The notes beneath the pieces are model-generated. The model ran no database searches, was not told where the DNA came from, and saw nothing but the letters and a program-made list of their open reading frames with translations. Position numbers and translations under genes: made by a program. This document shows positions 37,395 through 50,317 of a stretch of DNA of 64,000 nucleotides, piece by piece (position 1 is the stretch's first letter; the number at the start of each line of letters is the position of its first letter). Source of the DNA: Octopus vulgaris (Eukaryota); NCBI GenBank assembly GCA_951406725.2, contig OX597818.1, positions 39,866,001-39,930,000 of the forward strand, read 5' to 3'.

Positions 37395-37925
37395 CATTTG
37401 TTTCAAAATGAAAACTTTATAAGGGTACAGCAGCTAACTACCATTTGATATATAATCATATCTAAAATATCAATAAATTATTTGATATCTGAGTTACGGA
37501 ATACACAGAGCTTAAACATTTACACATTTTCAAATTTAAATCTAGTCTAAGTTAATTTAGTTTTCTGTTTCGTAATGGGGATTTTTCTGATTAAGAATCA
37601 TGTCATGAGTCAAATGAAAAGCTGGCTTTCAAAAAAATGAGGAGTGGTATTCCAAAAACCATATTAAGGCAGGAACCAAAATGTATGAGTCAAACATACT
37701 GTAATGCACTTTTCTAGCAAAATCACATTTTTCTGTCTGTCTTTTATTTTTATTTTTTAATTGAATATATCTTTCTCTAAGACATTTTTTTCTGGAGAGA
37801 AGGATCAGCTTTTCTAGATTTCAAAATTATTTTAAAGGTTTTCGAAAGAAAATGGTTATGAAAGACCCCTTGGAAATATTTAAGGAGGTCAACTGTGTAA
37901 ACCCTAAAAATACCTGTTGCTACAA

Positions 37926-37962
37926 ACATCACTGTTGTCATCGTCGTCGTCATTGTCATCAC

Positions 37963-38000
<38 letters not shown>

Positions 38001-38292
38001 CCATCATCATCTTCATCATCATCAACATTCTCATTCTCACCATCACTATCATCCTCATCACCTTCATCTCCTCCCCATCATCATCATCATCATCAATCAT
38101 CATCATCATCATCATCATCATCATTAAACATCATCAACAAACATCATCATCATCAATCATCACCATCAATCATGATCATCAATCATCATCATCATCTTCA
38201 TCAACGTTCTCATTCTCACCATCACTATCATCCTCATCACCTTCATCTCCTCCCCCATCATAATTGTCGTCGTCATCATCATCATCATCATC

Positions 38293-38332
<40 letters not shown>

Positions 38333-38584
38333 CATCATCATCAAACATCATCATCATCAATCATCATCATCAATCATCATCAATCATCATCATCATCATC
38401 ATCACCAAACATCATCATCAAACATCATCATCATCATCATCATCAATCATCATCATCAATCATCAATCATCATCAATCATCATCATCATCTTCATCAATG
38501 TTCTCATTCTCACCATCACTATCATCCTCATCACCTTCATCTCCTCCCCCATCATAATTGTCGTCGTCATCATCATCTTCATCG

Positions 38585-38632
<48 letters not shown>

Positions 38633-38748
38633 ATCATCTTCATCATCATCAATCATCATCATCATCATCATCGTTGTTGTCGTTATTATTATTGTTGTTG
38701 TTATTGTTATTACTGTTATTATTATTACTGTTATTATTATTATTATTA

Positions 38749-38783
<35 letters not shown>
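37926..38783. repeat. Complex (CAT)n/(ATT)n repeat with a thrice-repeated ~60-bp subunit
   Basis: ttctcattctcaccatcactatcatcctcatcaccttcatctcctccccc occurs three times. Confidence 0.95.
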
Positions 38784-38785
<2 letters not shown>

Positions 38786-38994
38786 GGCAGCAAGCTGACA
38801 GAGTCATTAGCATGCTGGACAAAATGCACAGTAGTATTTCGCCTGTTGTTACTTCCCGAGTTCAAATTCCACCCAGGTCGACTTTGTCTTCGATTCTTTC
38901 GTGGTTGATAAATGAAGTACCACTGAAATGCTGAGGTCAAGGTAATTGATAGTGTCCTCCCCACAAATTTCAGGCCTTGTGCCTATTGCATAGG

Positions 38995-39027
<33 letters not shown>

Positions 39028-39558
39028 CCACCACCCATCCTATTAATCTTGGCTGGGGATTACAAACTATGCAATTATGTACCATTATGTAAATGAAGTC
39101 TATCAGTCAAAAATTTTAATTATTTTTATAAGTGACCTCCCACTCCTACAATCAGCTGTTTTAGAGTGAATGTTGATGAAGTGTTAAGTGAAAAATTAAA
39201 CCAGCTTATCCTAAGCTGTTGAAAAGTCCCTCATAGCTATAGTATTTCGGTAAAAACCAAATACATATGACACATGTCCATATATTTATTTATTCATAAT
39301 CCACATTTTATTGTACAGTTAACTTAATGTCACCATACTTAATACTGACAACATGAAAGTAATTTTATTTGAAATAATTCTGCAAAGATGAAGAAGCAAT
39401 ATTAGTCAATAGCCAATATCAATTTATGCATTTTTTTCCTTTAGCAAATAGAGGACATAACTCTAGTTATGGTCTTATTCTAACCTCATCAATCAAGGCA
39501 CAGCATTCACTATACTTACAACTATAGTGATAGGAAAACACACTTAGTAAATGTTTAA

Positions 39559-39778
39559 CCCTTTCATTACCGTATTTATTTTGAGATGCTCTGTGTTTCT
39601 TTCAATTACTTTAAATGTAACAAAGAATTTAGTAAAATAACTTGGTTATCATTAAGCTAGTGTTAGGAGTATAAATTGCGACTAAGGTTTGGTGGAAGAT
39701 TTTAATTCAAAACTTATGAAAACAAGACATTTGTACTCAGAGTCAGAGCCAGTTTCAGCCGGGTTGGTAATGAAAGGG
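39559..39778. mobile_element. piggyBac-type MITE
   Basis: TTAA-ccctttcattacc ... ggtaatgaaaggg-TTAT. Confidence 0.8.
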
Positions 39779-40111
39779 TTATGAATATACACTGGTTGGT
39801 GTTGCAAAATAGGATGGGTTTTTTTTATAGCAGATAGAGAAACAACTCAACAGGTTATGGTTTTATTCTGACCTCATCAGCAAGGCACAACCTTCATTGA
39901 GCTTGCAAATTTAGTGATGGAAAAACCTCACATAGTAAATGTACAAGAATGTATGCAGGTTAGTACAGGAAAACAGAGACTAAATACTTCACCAATACCA
40001 TCCACAAGAAAGGCAATACTTATGTTAGTGTTGTTGTATTTAATGTTTGAGACATAAAAAAAGCTAACTAGAAATAATTATGATGTTTACAGAAATAATT
40101 ATGATGTTTAT

Positions 40112-40535
40112 AGGCGCAGGAGTGGCTGTGTGGTAAGTAGCTTGTTTACCAACCACATGGTTCCGGGTTCAGTCCCACTGCGTGGCACCTTGGGCAAGTG
40201 TCTTCTACTATAGCCTCGGGCCGACAAAAGCCTTGTGAGTGGATTTGGTAGACGGAAACTGAAAGAAGCCCGTCGTATATATGTACATATATATATATGC
40301 ATGCGTGTGTTTGTGTGTCTGTGTTTGTCCCCCTAGAATTGCTTGACAACCGATGCTGGTGTGTTTGTGTCTCCGTTACTTAGCGGTTCGGCAGGGGCAA
40401 CCGATAGAATAAGCACTGGGCTTACAAAAGAATAGGTCCCGAGGTCGAGTTGCTCGATTAAAAGGCGGTGCTCCAGCATGGCCGCAGTCAAATGACTGAA
40501 ACAAGTAAAAGAGTAAAAGAGTAAAGAGAGTAAAG
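40112..40535 (+). mobile_element. SINE family A, young full-length copy
   Basis: tRNA-like head with gggttcagtccc B box, CORE-like segment, (gagtaaa)n tail. Confidence 0.92.
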
Positions 40536-40901
40536 ATATACAGTATGCAGCTAAAATACCTCCTCACCATTTTAAACTTTCACCTATGTGTTGCTAATGA
40601 ACTTATGCAAGTGCCAATAATGTTTTCATTTAGCTAATGAACAAAAACTGTAACCCTTTGTTGAAACAACAGTAAAATTAATTTTTCATAAATGTTGTTT
40701 CTTTTTCCTTTTGTCAACCTTTCAAATGTAGGAGGTATTTCTCCCACACCCTGTATAAGTCACATTCTCCAGAATATATTATCAAAGTCCACCATGTCAA
40801 AAAATATTTTCTTTGTAGATATAATAGTTTCAACAGACAGTGTTTCTCCAAAAGAATTGGAGAGATTATTCAAATAAAAATTGAAATACAGATATTATAA
40901 A

Positions 40902-41300
40902 GGCGCAGGAGTGGCTGTGTGGTAAGTAGCTTGCTTACCAACCACATGGTTCCGGGTTCAGTCCCACTGCGTGGCATCTTGGGCAAGTGTCTTCTGCTAT
41001 AGCCTTGGGCTGACCAATGCCTTGTGAGTGGATTTGGTAGCAGAAACTGAAAGAAGCCTGTCGTATATATGTATATGTATGTGTGTGTATGTTTGTGTGT
41101 CTGTGTTTGTCCCCCTAGCATTGCTTGACAACCGATGCTGGTGTGTTTACGTCCCCGTCACTTAGCAGTTCGGCAGAAGAGACCGATAGAATAAGTACTG
41201 GGCTTACAAAGAATAAGTCCCGGGGTCGATTTGCTCGACTAAAGGCGGTGCTCCAGCATGGCCGCAGTCAAATGACTGAAATAAGTAAAAGAGTAAAAGT
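40902..41300 (+). mobile_element. SINE family A, young full-length copy
   Basis: As above. Confidence 0.92.
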
Positions 41301-42399
41301 GTATGGTGATTCAAGGATGAAAAAATCTCCTGGTATGAAAATGCAGTTAAGAATTTTGCTTTGAAATCATGTTGTTTCAGGTTCGCTCATGCTACGTATT
41401 GTCTTAGCCAAGAGTCTTCTATTACAACACTAGATCTAGAAAAAAGCATATGAGTGAAATTTGGCTGATGGAAACTGCATTGAAGCTTGTCAGATTTATA
41501 TGCATGAGTGTGCTGTATATGTTGGATACAAGGTTTAATGGTGGTGGTGGTGGCAGCAGCGGTAGAACCTGCAGGTGTGTTGAAACAACAATTTAATTTT
41601 TTATTTTTATGTTTCTCATTATTGTTTTTGTTGTTGATGTATTCATTTTCCTTCTAGTTGTTGTTGTTGCTGTTTCAATCGACAACAGTGTTGGTGGTGG
41701 TGGTGCTGCTGCTGTTGCTGTTGTTGTTGTTGTTGTTGTTAAGCAACAAGACGAGTATGAGTAATTAGGTGATGGCCTAGGGCTTAGGGGCGGGAGACCC
41801 CAGACCTTGGAAAAAAAAAAAAACTTTGGTCATCTTGTTGTAGCCGAGGGCTCTTCATTGATGCCCGACACCACTGGGAGGAGGTGGCCCTCGAAGTCGC
41901 TGGAAATGGAGGTCTCCAGGTCCAAATTCTTGAACAGCTGGTGGTGGTACTTTGTTTTAACATGGGCAAAGCATAGCGAAGACAGCTCTTTCAGTAACTA
42001 ATCTCACTCCCACTGACTTTCTGCCGAAAAATTAGATGCCATAGTAACTTGGTTAGATGGGATGCTGGATATTTTGGTTATTTGGTTAGGTTAAATTTGG
42101 ATGAATGCTGTCTTCCAATATAAAAAAAAGTCCATTTTAGGTTTTTGATGAGACCATTTATCTATACATAAACATAACATTGATTACAAAATTATCTTGC
42201 TGGAGGCTGTATCACCATTTACCAGCAGAGAGCCGTGCATGTATGTTGTGTTGGGCTAAAAATTGACAAGATACACATTCATGTGGTTAGAGGTAGGAAA
42301 TTCTGCTTCAACCATAAACAAATAATTCTTTTTAACCTGAATAGCTTGTTTGCAAATTCAAAGATGATGTTGTCTAAATCACATCTTTTTTCTCCAATT

Positions 42400-42980
42400 C
42401 TTTTAGAGAAACATTGGTGCGTGGACACAAAGTACTGAAAAAGACATCGTAGCAAGGAAAGCTCTTGCCTGGAGCACTTGCCATAAATTGAGAAAGGTAC
42501 AGATTTCAAAGTTAGCAAGGAAATTGAAAGTGAGGTTGTTTCTGGCAACAGTGGAGTCTGTTCTTCTATACGGGGCTGAAACATGGATGGTCATTAAAGC
42601 ATTGAAGAAGCAGTTGGATGGTTGTTATACAAAGATGCTTAGAATGGCACTTAATGTTTCCTGGAAGAGTCATGCAACAAAAGCTGACTTATACCAAGAA
42701 CTACCAAAAGTAACATTGAAGATATAGCATAGAAGGATGAGGCTAGCTGGACACTGCATGAGACATACCAATGAAATTGCAAACAAGCTAGTGCTCTGGC
42801 AACCAACTGAAGGAAGAACCAAGAGAGGAAGGAGGAAGGCAACCTATATTGACAACTTGCTGGAGGATACTGGTATAGAAGCGGTACAGGAGCTGAGGAC
42901 CATTATGGAACACCGAGATGAGTGGGGAAAACATGAGGAAACAGTCTTAGGGCATCCTGAGGGACAACCTAGATAGACTG
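42400..42980 (+). pseudogene. RTE-clade LINE C-terminal remnant (third family)
   Basis: LKVRLFLATVESVLLYGAETW...LDGCYTKMLRMALNVSW...RLAGHCMRH...LVLWQPTEG. Confidence 0.85.
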
Positions 42981-43789
42981 ATAGATTAACCTGAGATCAA
43001 ACAGCAACAAAGAATTCTGTCTTCTTAGGAATCCCTGAAACCTCAACCTCATTGTTCCACATTTTTACATTTTTAGCCATGTTTAGGCAGGAAAGTAATA
43101 GAATTTTCCATTGATTGCAGTTGAAATATTATTGGTTAAAATTCATTGTGAGTTACCTGATATGCTATAGCCTGTTTCTTGTTACTGAGCTAATGCAGTT
43201 TCAATTCTAAGCCCCGCTACAGTACTGCCTCACTAGTGAGGTTGTTGGAAGGTAACTGAATGAAAATAAAATGGTGGCAAAATCATTACATGCCAAAGAA
43301 CAACGTGTAATGTGAGCATTAAAATGAGTAAAACAAGTATAAAAAAAAAAGACATGAAGCCAATTATGCACAGAACAGAAATGTAGATCCAGAATGAGGT
43401 GTTAGGCTGAAAACTACAGGGTCAAAATACTGTTAACATTAACAAAACATGCAGCAAATTGTGTACAAACAATAACAGACACAAGATAAAAGAACAATAC
43501 ATGTATGCTTGTGTAAAGTTTAAATTGTAAAGCTCTTGCTGGCAATACCGCAAACAAAGCAAGTACTAGAATATTAAATACAAAAAGCCAAACGTGAAAT
43601 TAAATAGAGCATGTCCACATTCAGAGGTCATAGATGCAAAACTGTGCTGAAATGTGAAACACATGCAAGGTGAGGAAAAAGTTCATGTAATGCCTTTAAA
43701 ATGTAAGTTTTGAGAACAGTGCAGTGTTTGTGTTCAGTTTGTGTGTGTCACAGGAAACATTGTGAGATGGTACTTTTCTGCAGATTGAA

Positions 43790-44715
43790 CAATGTGAGTC
43801 TCAATTCCAATATCTTTCAGTAGCATTTTGAATGTAGTGCCAAGTGCACCAGCTATCACAGAAATAATTGCTATCTTCATCTTCCACAGGAATAATTATT
43901 GTTTTAGTTTTCAGCTCCCTTACTAGACCCTGATATTTCACAGTTTTTAAAATTTCTTTGGAATCAACTCTATTATCATAGGGAATTGCATAGTCTATGA
44001 TCTTATACTGTTTGTTTATTTTGTTCTCTATAATAATATTTGGCTGTCTTGCTTCAATAATATGGCCAATCTTAATGAGGAAGTCTCATTAGATCCTATA
44101 ATTCTCATTCTCTATCACTGTCTTGAGTTTGTGTTCATACCACATTCCTGATACTTCAAATCCACACACTCAGCTAACATCCTAATGTACTATCTTACCT
44201 ATACAGTTATGCCTCTGCTTATACTCTTTTTGTGCTAGCTGACCGCACTCACTCAAGAGATCATTGATACTTTCATCTTGTTCCCCCAAAATACTACATT
44301 TGCAGTCTGAGATTTGTCAATCTTTGCTTTTATCAGATTCATCTTTATGGTGTTCTTGGGTGGTTATAAATAACACTATGCTCTTTCATTTCAGGTTTCC
44401 ATCTCTCACCTAGTGCCAGTGTTCTTTACTTCCAACATCCTTGGTTTGTTGCTTGAATTGACCATGTGATTCCATTTCTCTCCATCTGCTTGCTTTGTTG
44501 TTCTTGAATTCCCCTGCCGTTTCAATAACTTTTAGTGCATTTGCATCTCTAACTACCAATAGTATTTTTTCTTCAGTCCACATAACATAATTTTTCAACT
44601 TCACTATTATAGTACTAATGGTGTCTTCTGCATTTAGCAATTTGTTTTCTTCCTTTCTTGATAGGTAGAGTCTGTTGGTATTACTTTTAGGGTGGTGTGT
44701 GTTGTGCATTGTAGG
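43790..44715 (-). pseudogene. Dong/R4-like non-LTR retroelement remnant (CCHC plus restriction-like endonuclease)
   Basis: HPKSNTNRLYLSRKE; ESINDLLSEC..LAQKEYKQRHN; WYEH; ARQPNIII...IIDYAIPYD...KYQGL; abuts (ATT)n. Confidence 0.8.
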
Positions 44716-44727
44716 TCATTATTATTA

Positions 44728-44776
<49 letters not shown>

Positions 44777-44779
44777 TAC

Positions 44780-44834
<55 letters not shown>

Positions 44835-45455
44835 CTCATCATTAGATAAATTTTGAAAAAAAAAGTGATAAATAAATGAATAAAAAGTAGATTGACTTCC
44901 CTTATTTAAAACTTCAATAGGTCAAAGTTCAAAATACCATCTAACTTTTTTTCCTGTAGCCAGTTTTATTTCTGGCCAGAGTCATGATTAATAGTAGACT
45001 AGTCAGGCTGAAAGTAATTTTTGCTGGTGATTTTGGTGGTGGTTGTAGCGGCGGTGGCGGCATTGGTAGTGGTGGTGGTGGTGGTACTGCTGAGAGTGAT
45101 GCTGGTGTTAGTGGTGTCGGTGCAATTTGTGGTGATGTTGTTGTTGGTGGTGGTGGCGTTAACAGTATTGGTGAAGTTGGTGTTAGTGGCAGTGTTGGTG
45201 TCAGATGAGATGGTAATGGCAGGAATTTCATGTTTCATTTAAAGCAGCATCCTATAAATACAATAGCTTCAACTCCCCCACTCAAGTCTACTAACTGCAA
45301 GCCAATAAGGGAACCTCTATGTTGCTGCTCAACCTACAAGAAATGGCTGCCAAATTTTCCTTGAATTACATCCCAGAATTCAATGCTAGTGGAATGGTGA
45401 AAACAAAGCACTGGTCTAAATAGTTTCCAGTATTATGTTCTTTATGTGACTTCAA

Positions 45456-45690
45456 AGGCGGTGAGCTGGCAGAAACGTTAGCACGCCGGACGAAATACTT
45501 AGCGGTGTTTCATCTGTCTTTACGTTCTGAGTTCAAATTCTGCCGAGGTCGACTTTGCCTTTCATCCTTTCGGGGTCGATTAAATAAGTACCAGTTATGC
45601 AACTGGGGTCGATATAATCAACTTAATCCATTTATCTGTCCTTGTTTGTCCCCTCTGTGTTTGGCCCCTTGTGGGCAATAAAGAAATAGG
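45456..45690 (+). mobile_element. SINE family B
   Basis: Near-identical to 22275-22506. Confidence 0.9.
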
Positions 45691-46042
45691 ATATATGATT
45701 TGAGTTTAAATGTACTTATGTCAACTTTGTCTTTCATCTTTTCAAGGATGTTGTTGCAGTTATTGTTTAGCCCTAGGATAATCTTAACTGGACAGATGTA
45801 TGATAAAGGAATTGCAGCTATGACTATCTAATTTTTTTCTAAATCAGAACCACATTATCCAATGTGTCTTTTTTCTAAGGCCAGAAATTTGGCTGCTATC
45901 TCTAGCAGATCAAACAAATCCTGGATTCAGTTCCATAAACTGTTTTCCTACTGTCTCTATGAATCTGTGAGCTTGAGGTAGTATAAAATCTCAGCATGTG
46001 TGTATACATACACATACAGACAGACATATATATATAATAATA

Positions 46043-46608
46043 TTGGGTCATCCGGAAAGTTTGTGCCGATTTATAGTGGCTTACCTTTCAACTTATTTTA
46101 GAACATGGTTGAGTCCATAAAATAGGATTTGACTCCACCTCTATTTAGAGAACAGTTTAAGCTATCTTTTCATGGAAGAAGGTTTATATTCCTATAAACT
46201 GTGTTAATTCTGTAACCCTTTAAAATGGAAGATAAGAAAGTTCATTTTTGGCACTTGATGCTTTGGAAACCAGACAAAAATTGGTGCAGCTCGGCTGGGA
46301 TGTGTTACCCCACCTTCCATATTCATCAGATATTGCTCCTTTGGATTTCCACTTATTCAGGTCTTTGCAGAATAGTCTTAATAGTAAAAATTTCAATTCC
46401 TTGGATGACATAAAAAGATAGCTCGATGAATTCTTTGTCATGAAACCACCTCAATTCTGGGAAGAGGGTATTTTCAAGTTAAAGGAAAGATGGAGACGCA
46501 TTGTGCAACAAAATGGTTCATATTTAAATGATTAAAAATGTAATGGCAAGTATTTATTGACCTTTTTCTTTCCTTTAAAAATTGGCACAGACTTTCCGGA
46601 CAACCCAA
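46043..46608 (+). mobile_element. Mariner internal-deletion derivative with intact TIRs and TA TSD
   Basis: ttgggtcatccggaaagtttgtgcc / ggcacagactttccggacaacccaa; MEDKKVHF start joined to a YSPDIAP-like ..DFHLFRSLQN..QNGSY end. Confidence 0.9.
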
Positions 46609-46721
46609 TAATATACACAATTTTATTCTACATTATATATATATACACATATATATATATTGACACATACATACATATATACATACATAACTAGATACAT
46701 ATATCTATATACATATACACA

Positions 46722-47075
46722 TCTGGATTGTAAAGTTACATGTCTAAATACGTTATTTGGATATTGTTCTTTTTTAGTATATGAGGTTTTAACTCAGGGA
46801 GATTAATCCGAATTGCGGGTGTTAAGTTTGCATTAGTTAGGTATGGTTTAGATTGTAATATGTGAATGTGTGTTTAGATGCATGCAGGCACCTGGGTAAT
46901 TGTTCCGTAAATCTGTTTATAATGTACTCCTTTGATCACAATATTGAGAGTGGATCTTCGGAACATAACTGGCATTTCTGGGATAACAGATTAATCTCCA
47001 TGAGTTAGAACTTCATATACTAAAAAAGAACAGTATCCAAATAACATGTCTTCAGACATGTAACTTTACAATCCT
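46722..47075. repeat. Foldback repeat with ~85-bp arms, possibly PLE-terminus derived
   Basis: ggattgtaaagttacatgtct...ggagattaatc versus its reverse complement. Confidence 0.75.
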
Positions 47076-47129
47076 GCCAGTCCTGCTTTAATCAACATAC
47101 TAATAGACATATACCCAAAGTCCAAATAG

Positions 47130-47179
<50 letters not shown>

Positions 47180-47197
47180 GTTTTCATGTTTGGATTA

Positions 47198-47234
<37 letters not shown>

Positions 47235-47237
<3 letters not shown>

Positions 47238-47392
47238 GGGAAAGTTTATGAAAATAAGCAAAAGACGAAGGCAGCTGAAGTACAAACAAACAAATGTATT
47301 AGTATAGCGCTCAGGAATAGAAAAAGTCTTTTACGTTTCGAGCCTACGCTCTTCGACAGAAAGATACACAGAAAAAAACAAGGAGAGAAACA
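47235..47392 (-). mobile_element. Short (TA)n-associated element with HHR-like motif at 47327-47364; relatives at 36531-36715 (-) and 28020-28180 (+)
   Basis: tcttt CTGTCGA a gagc-gtag-gctc GAAA cg TA aaaga. Confidence 0.65.
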
Positions 47393-48205
47393 AGGTCTGA
47401 TCAATAAGTATCCGGACTATTGTCATAGTATTGAAGTTAAAGCATGCAGAGTGAAGCCACTTGGCAAAGATTGACTTTGAACACTTCTGTGCATGCACAC
47501 TAAGTTTTAATGTTCTAGCACACTTCTGCTGTTTACAGCAGTGCTTGGAAGGAAGGTGTGTAGCATGTTATTGTTGCATTGACCATGACAGAGAAAGTTG
47601 TCATGGTGATACCTGCTCAGAGGCCTATGCAAAGTTGCAGAAAGTGTAGGGAGAGGAGTGTATGAGCCACACACAAGTGTATGAATGGCTCAGAAGTTTC
47701 CAAGATGGCCACAAAAATGTTGATATTGATGAACATTCTGGGAGACCTGCAACCAGCTGAACTGAGAAAAACATTGCAGATGTGCATGCAGCGGTGAGGG
47801 GGAAATCACCGAATCGCCATGTTTGAGTTATCAGAGAATGTGCAGATTAGTTACAGTTCAATTCAGTCCATTATCACTGAAGATTCTGGGAATGAGATAC
47901 ATGTTGCCAAGTTTGTGACAAACCCACTTTCAGCTGACCAAAAGGACACTTGGGTTTCAGTTGTACAAGATCTCCTTGATTGTACTGAGAACTATGAAAA
48001 CTTTAGAAAACTTTGCGTTGGCCTCTGAGCAGGTATCGCCAAGCTTTTGGCAAAATTTGATGCAGATTCTCAGCTTAACTTTCTCTGTCATAGTCAATGC
48101 GACAATCACATGCTACACACCTTCCTTTCAAGCACTGCTTTAAACAGCGGAAGTTAACTAGAATGTTAAAACTTAGTGTGCAAGCACAACAGAGTTCAAG
48201 ATCAA
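47393..48205 (+). mobile_element. Mariner element with N-terminal transposase remnant and long inverted arm
   Basis: GEECMSHTQVYEW...FQDG...HSGRPATS...ISYSSIQSIITED...AKFV; same TIR family as 23190. Confidence 0.8.
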
Positions 48206-48974
48206 TGTGTGTGTGCATGTGCATGTGTGTGTGCATGTGTATACACATTCAGAAGTTAAGTTGCCGAAATTTTAACCACTTTGTTGTTTTGTAAAAAAAA
48301 AAAAATTTGGGGGTCAGGAAATAAAATCACTGCAAGGAGTAAAAAGCTGAAACACTTGCATAACGTGGTGAGGTTTCTTTTTTGAAGACTTTCTGCTGTT
48401 CACTTCTTCCCAGAATTTCTTACTTCCTCCCTCCATTAAGAATATTTCTTCATTAAAATAATATTTAAATAGGGTGGAATCTGGAATTTAAAAAAAAAAA
48501 AAAAATTAACATCTGCAACAGAAAAAAGGGAAATCAGTAAAATAAAGTCTATTTGCCAGAAAGATTATACGAAATAATATTTCTTTACTTTGGCTCATCT
48601 GACAGTTAGGGAAATTGGGGCTAAAACCAAAGTTGAGGGACTGGTTTGGTTGGCAAAAGGATTACCAAACAAGAAGGTGAGAAGCTGAGGATTCAAGGTG
48701 AATGAAAGAGGTAAGGTAAAAAAAAGTTGGACAGACAGGTAGATAGAAATGACAAGGGGTAGTTAATGTCACTGATTAAAGTAATGTGGGGGATAAAAGG
48801 GTGGGTAGGAAAATAACTAGGTACAATATATCAGACATTCACACACAGAATTACAGTTCAAAGCAGTGTTGAAGTAGTGGTGAGATAAAAGAATAAGGAG
48901 AAGATAAAGGAGTAGAAGCAAAGAAGCAGAGAGAGGGATGGAAAACACAATTACAATGATATACAATTACTCTA

Positions 48975-48983
48975 CCACACACA

Positions 48984-49017
<34 letters not shown>

Positions 49018-49425
49018 ACATACACACAAAGACACAGATACAAAAACACACACACACATACACAATACACACACATCACACACACAACACACACACAGTG
49101 ACACAGACACAAACACACATACACGGTGACACAGAGACACAGATACAAACACACACACACCACACACATAGTGACACAAATACAGACACACACAACACAC
49201 ACACACATCACTCACAACATACACACAGAGACACAGATACAGACACACGCACACAACACACACACAGCGACACAGACACACACAACACACAGACACACAC
49301 ACACAACACACATAGACACAGACACACACTTACACACATCACACACACACACACAGACACACATGACACAGACACATACACACATGTACACACACACACA
49401 CACACATACACACACACACACCCTA
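48975..49425. repeat. Degenerate (CA)n tract
   Basis: Seen directly. Confidence 0.95.
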
Positions 49426-49998
49426 CATATATGCACATGTGCTAGCATAAATGGGAACACAGTCAATGCTGTATTTTATAGCATACAAGACACACTTATT
49501 TTTCCACCACCCCACAAAAAATGTCTCAAGAAAATCATCCTGGGTCCGATATGCAAATTTGAGCCAATATTATATACTTTAATGCATTAAAAACTTTTTC
49601 CTAGAAAATGCAATGCAGAAATTGAGGTGCGTCTAATATGCTCATGTGTCTTTTATGCCATCAAATATACTATGTCTGTTGCCCATGTATCAATGTAATA
49701 AATGGAGTTTGCGTATTTTTACCTGAAAGGATGAAAGGCAAAGTTGACCTCGGTGGAATTTGAACTCAGAACGTAAAGACAGACGAAATGCCGCTAAGCA
49801 TTTCACCCAGCATACATTTCTGCCAGCTTGCCACCTTATTTCATCATCATCTATCTATCTATCTATCTATCTATATATATATAGAAAACAGACATTTAAC
49901 AATGGTGATGATGATGATGAGGAGGAGGAGGAGGAGGAGGAGGAGGAGGAAGGAGGAGGAGGAGGAGGAGAAAGAGGAGGAGGAGGAGGAGTGGGGAG

Positions 49999-50128
49999 GA
50001 GGATCAATATCTCGGGAATTTAAGACCTCTTAAAATATTTTTGGCCCAAGACCTCTTAAAACTATTTTTAAGAGGTCTTGGATCAAAAATATTTTAAGAG
50101 GTTTTAAATTCCTGAGATATTAATCCTC
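49999..50128. repeat. Near-perfect 130-bp palindrome (MITE-like)
   Basis: gaggatcaatatctcgggaattta...taaattcctgagatattaatcctc. Confidence 0.9.
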
Positions 50129-50317
50129 GTCATCGTCATCATCATCATCAACATCACTATTGTTTAATGTCCATTTTCCCTCCTGGCAGATGGTTTGACA
50201 GGATCTGGCAAGTCGGAAAGCTGTGCCAGGCTCCAGTTGTCCGTTTTGGCATGGTTTTGACGACAGACCGTCTTTCCCAATGTCAACCACTTTGTAGAGT
50301 GTACCGACTACTTTATA

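Noticed and set aside
37777-38934. His/Ser/Met-rich ORFs up to 293 aa
   Set aside because: Translations of the (CAT)n microsatellite, which lacks stops in several frames.
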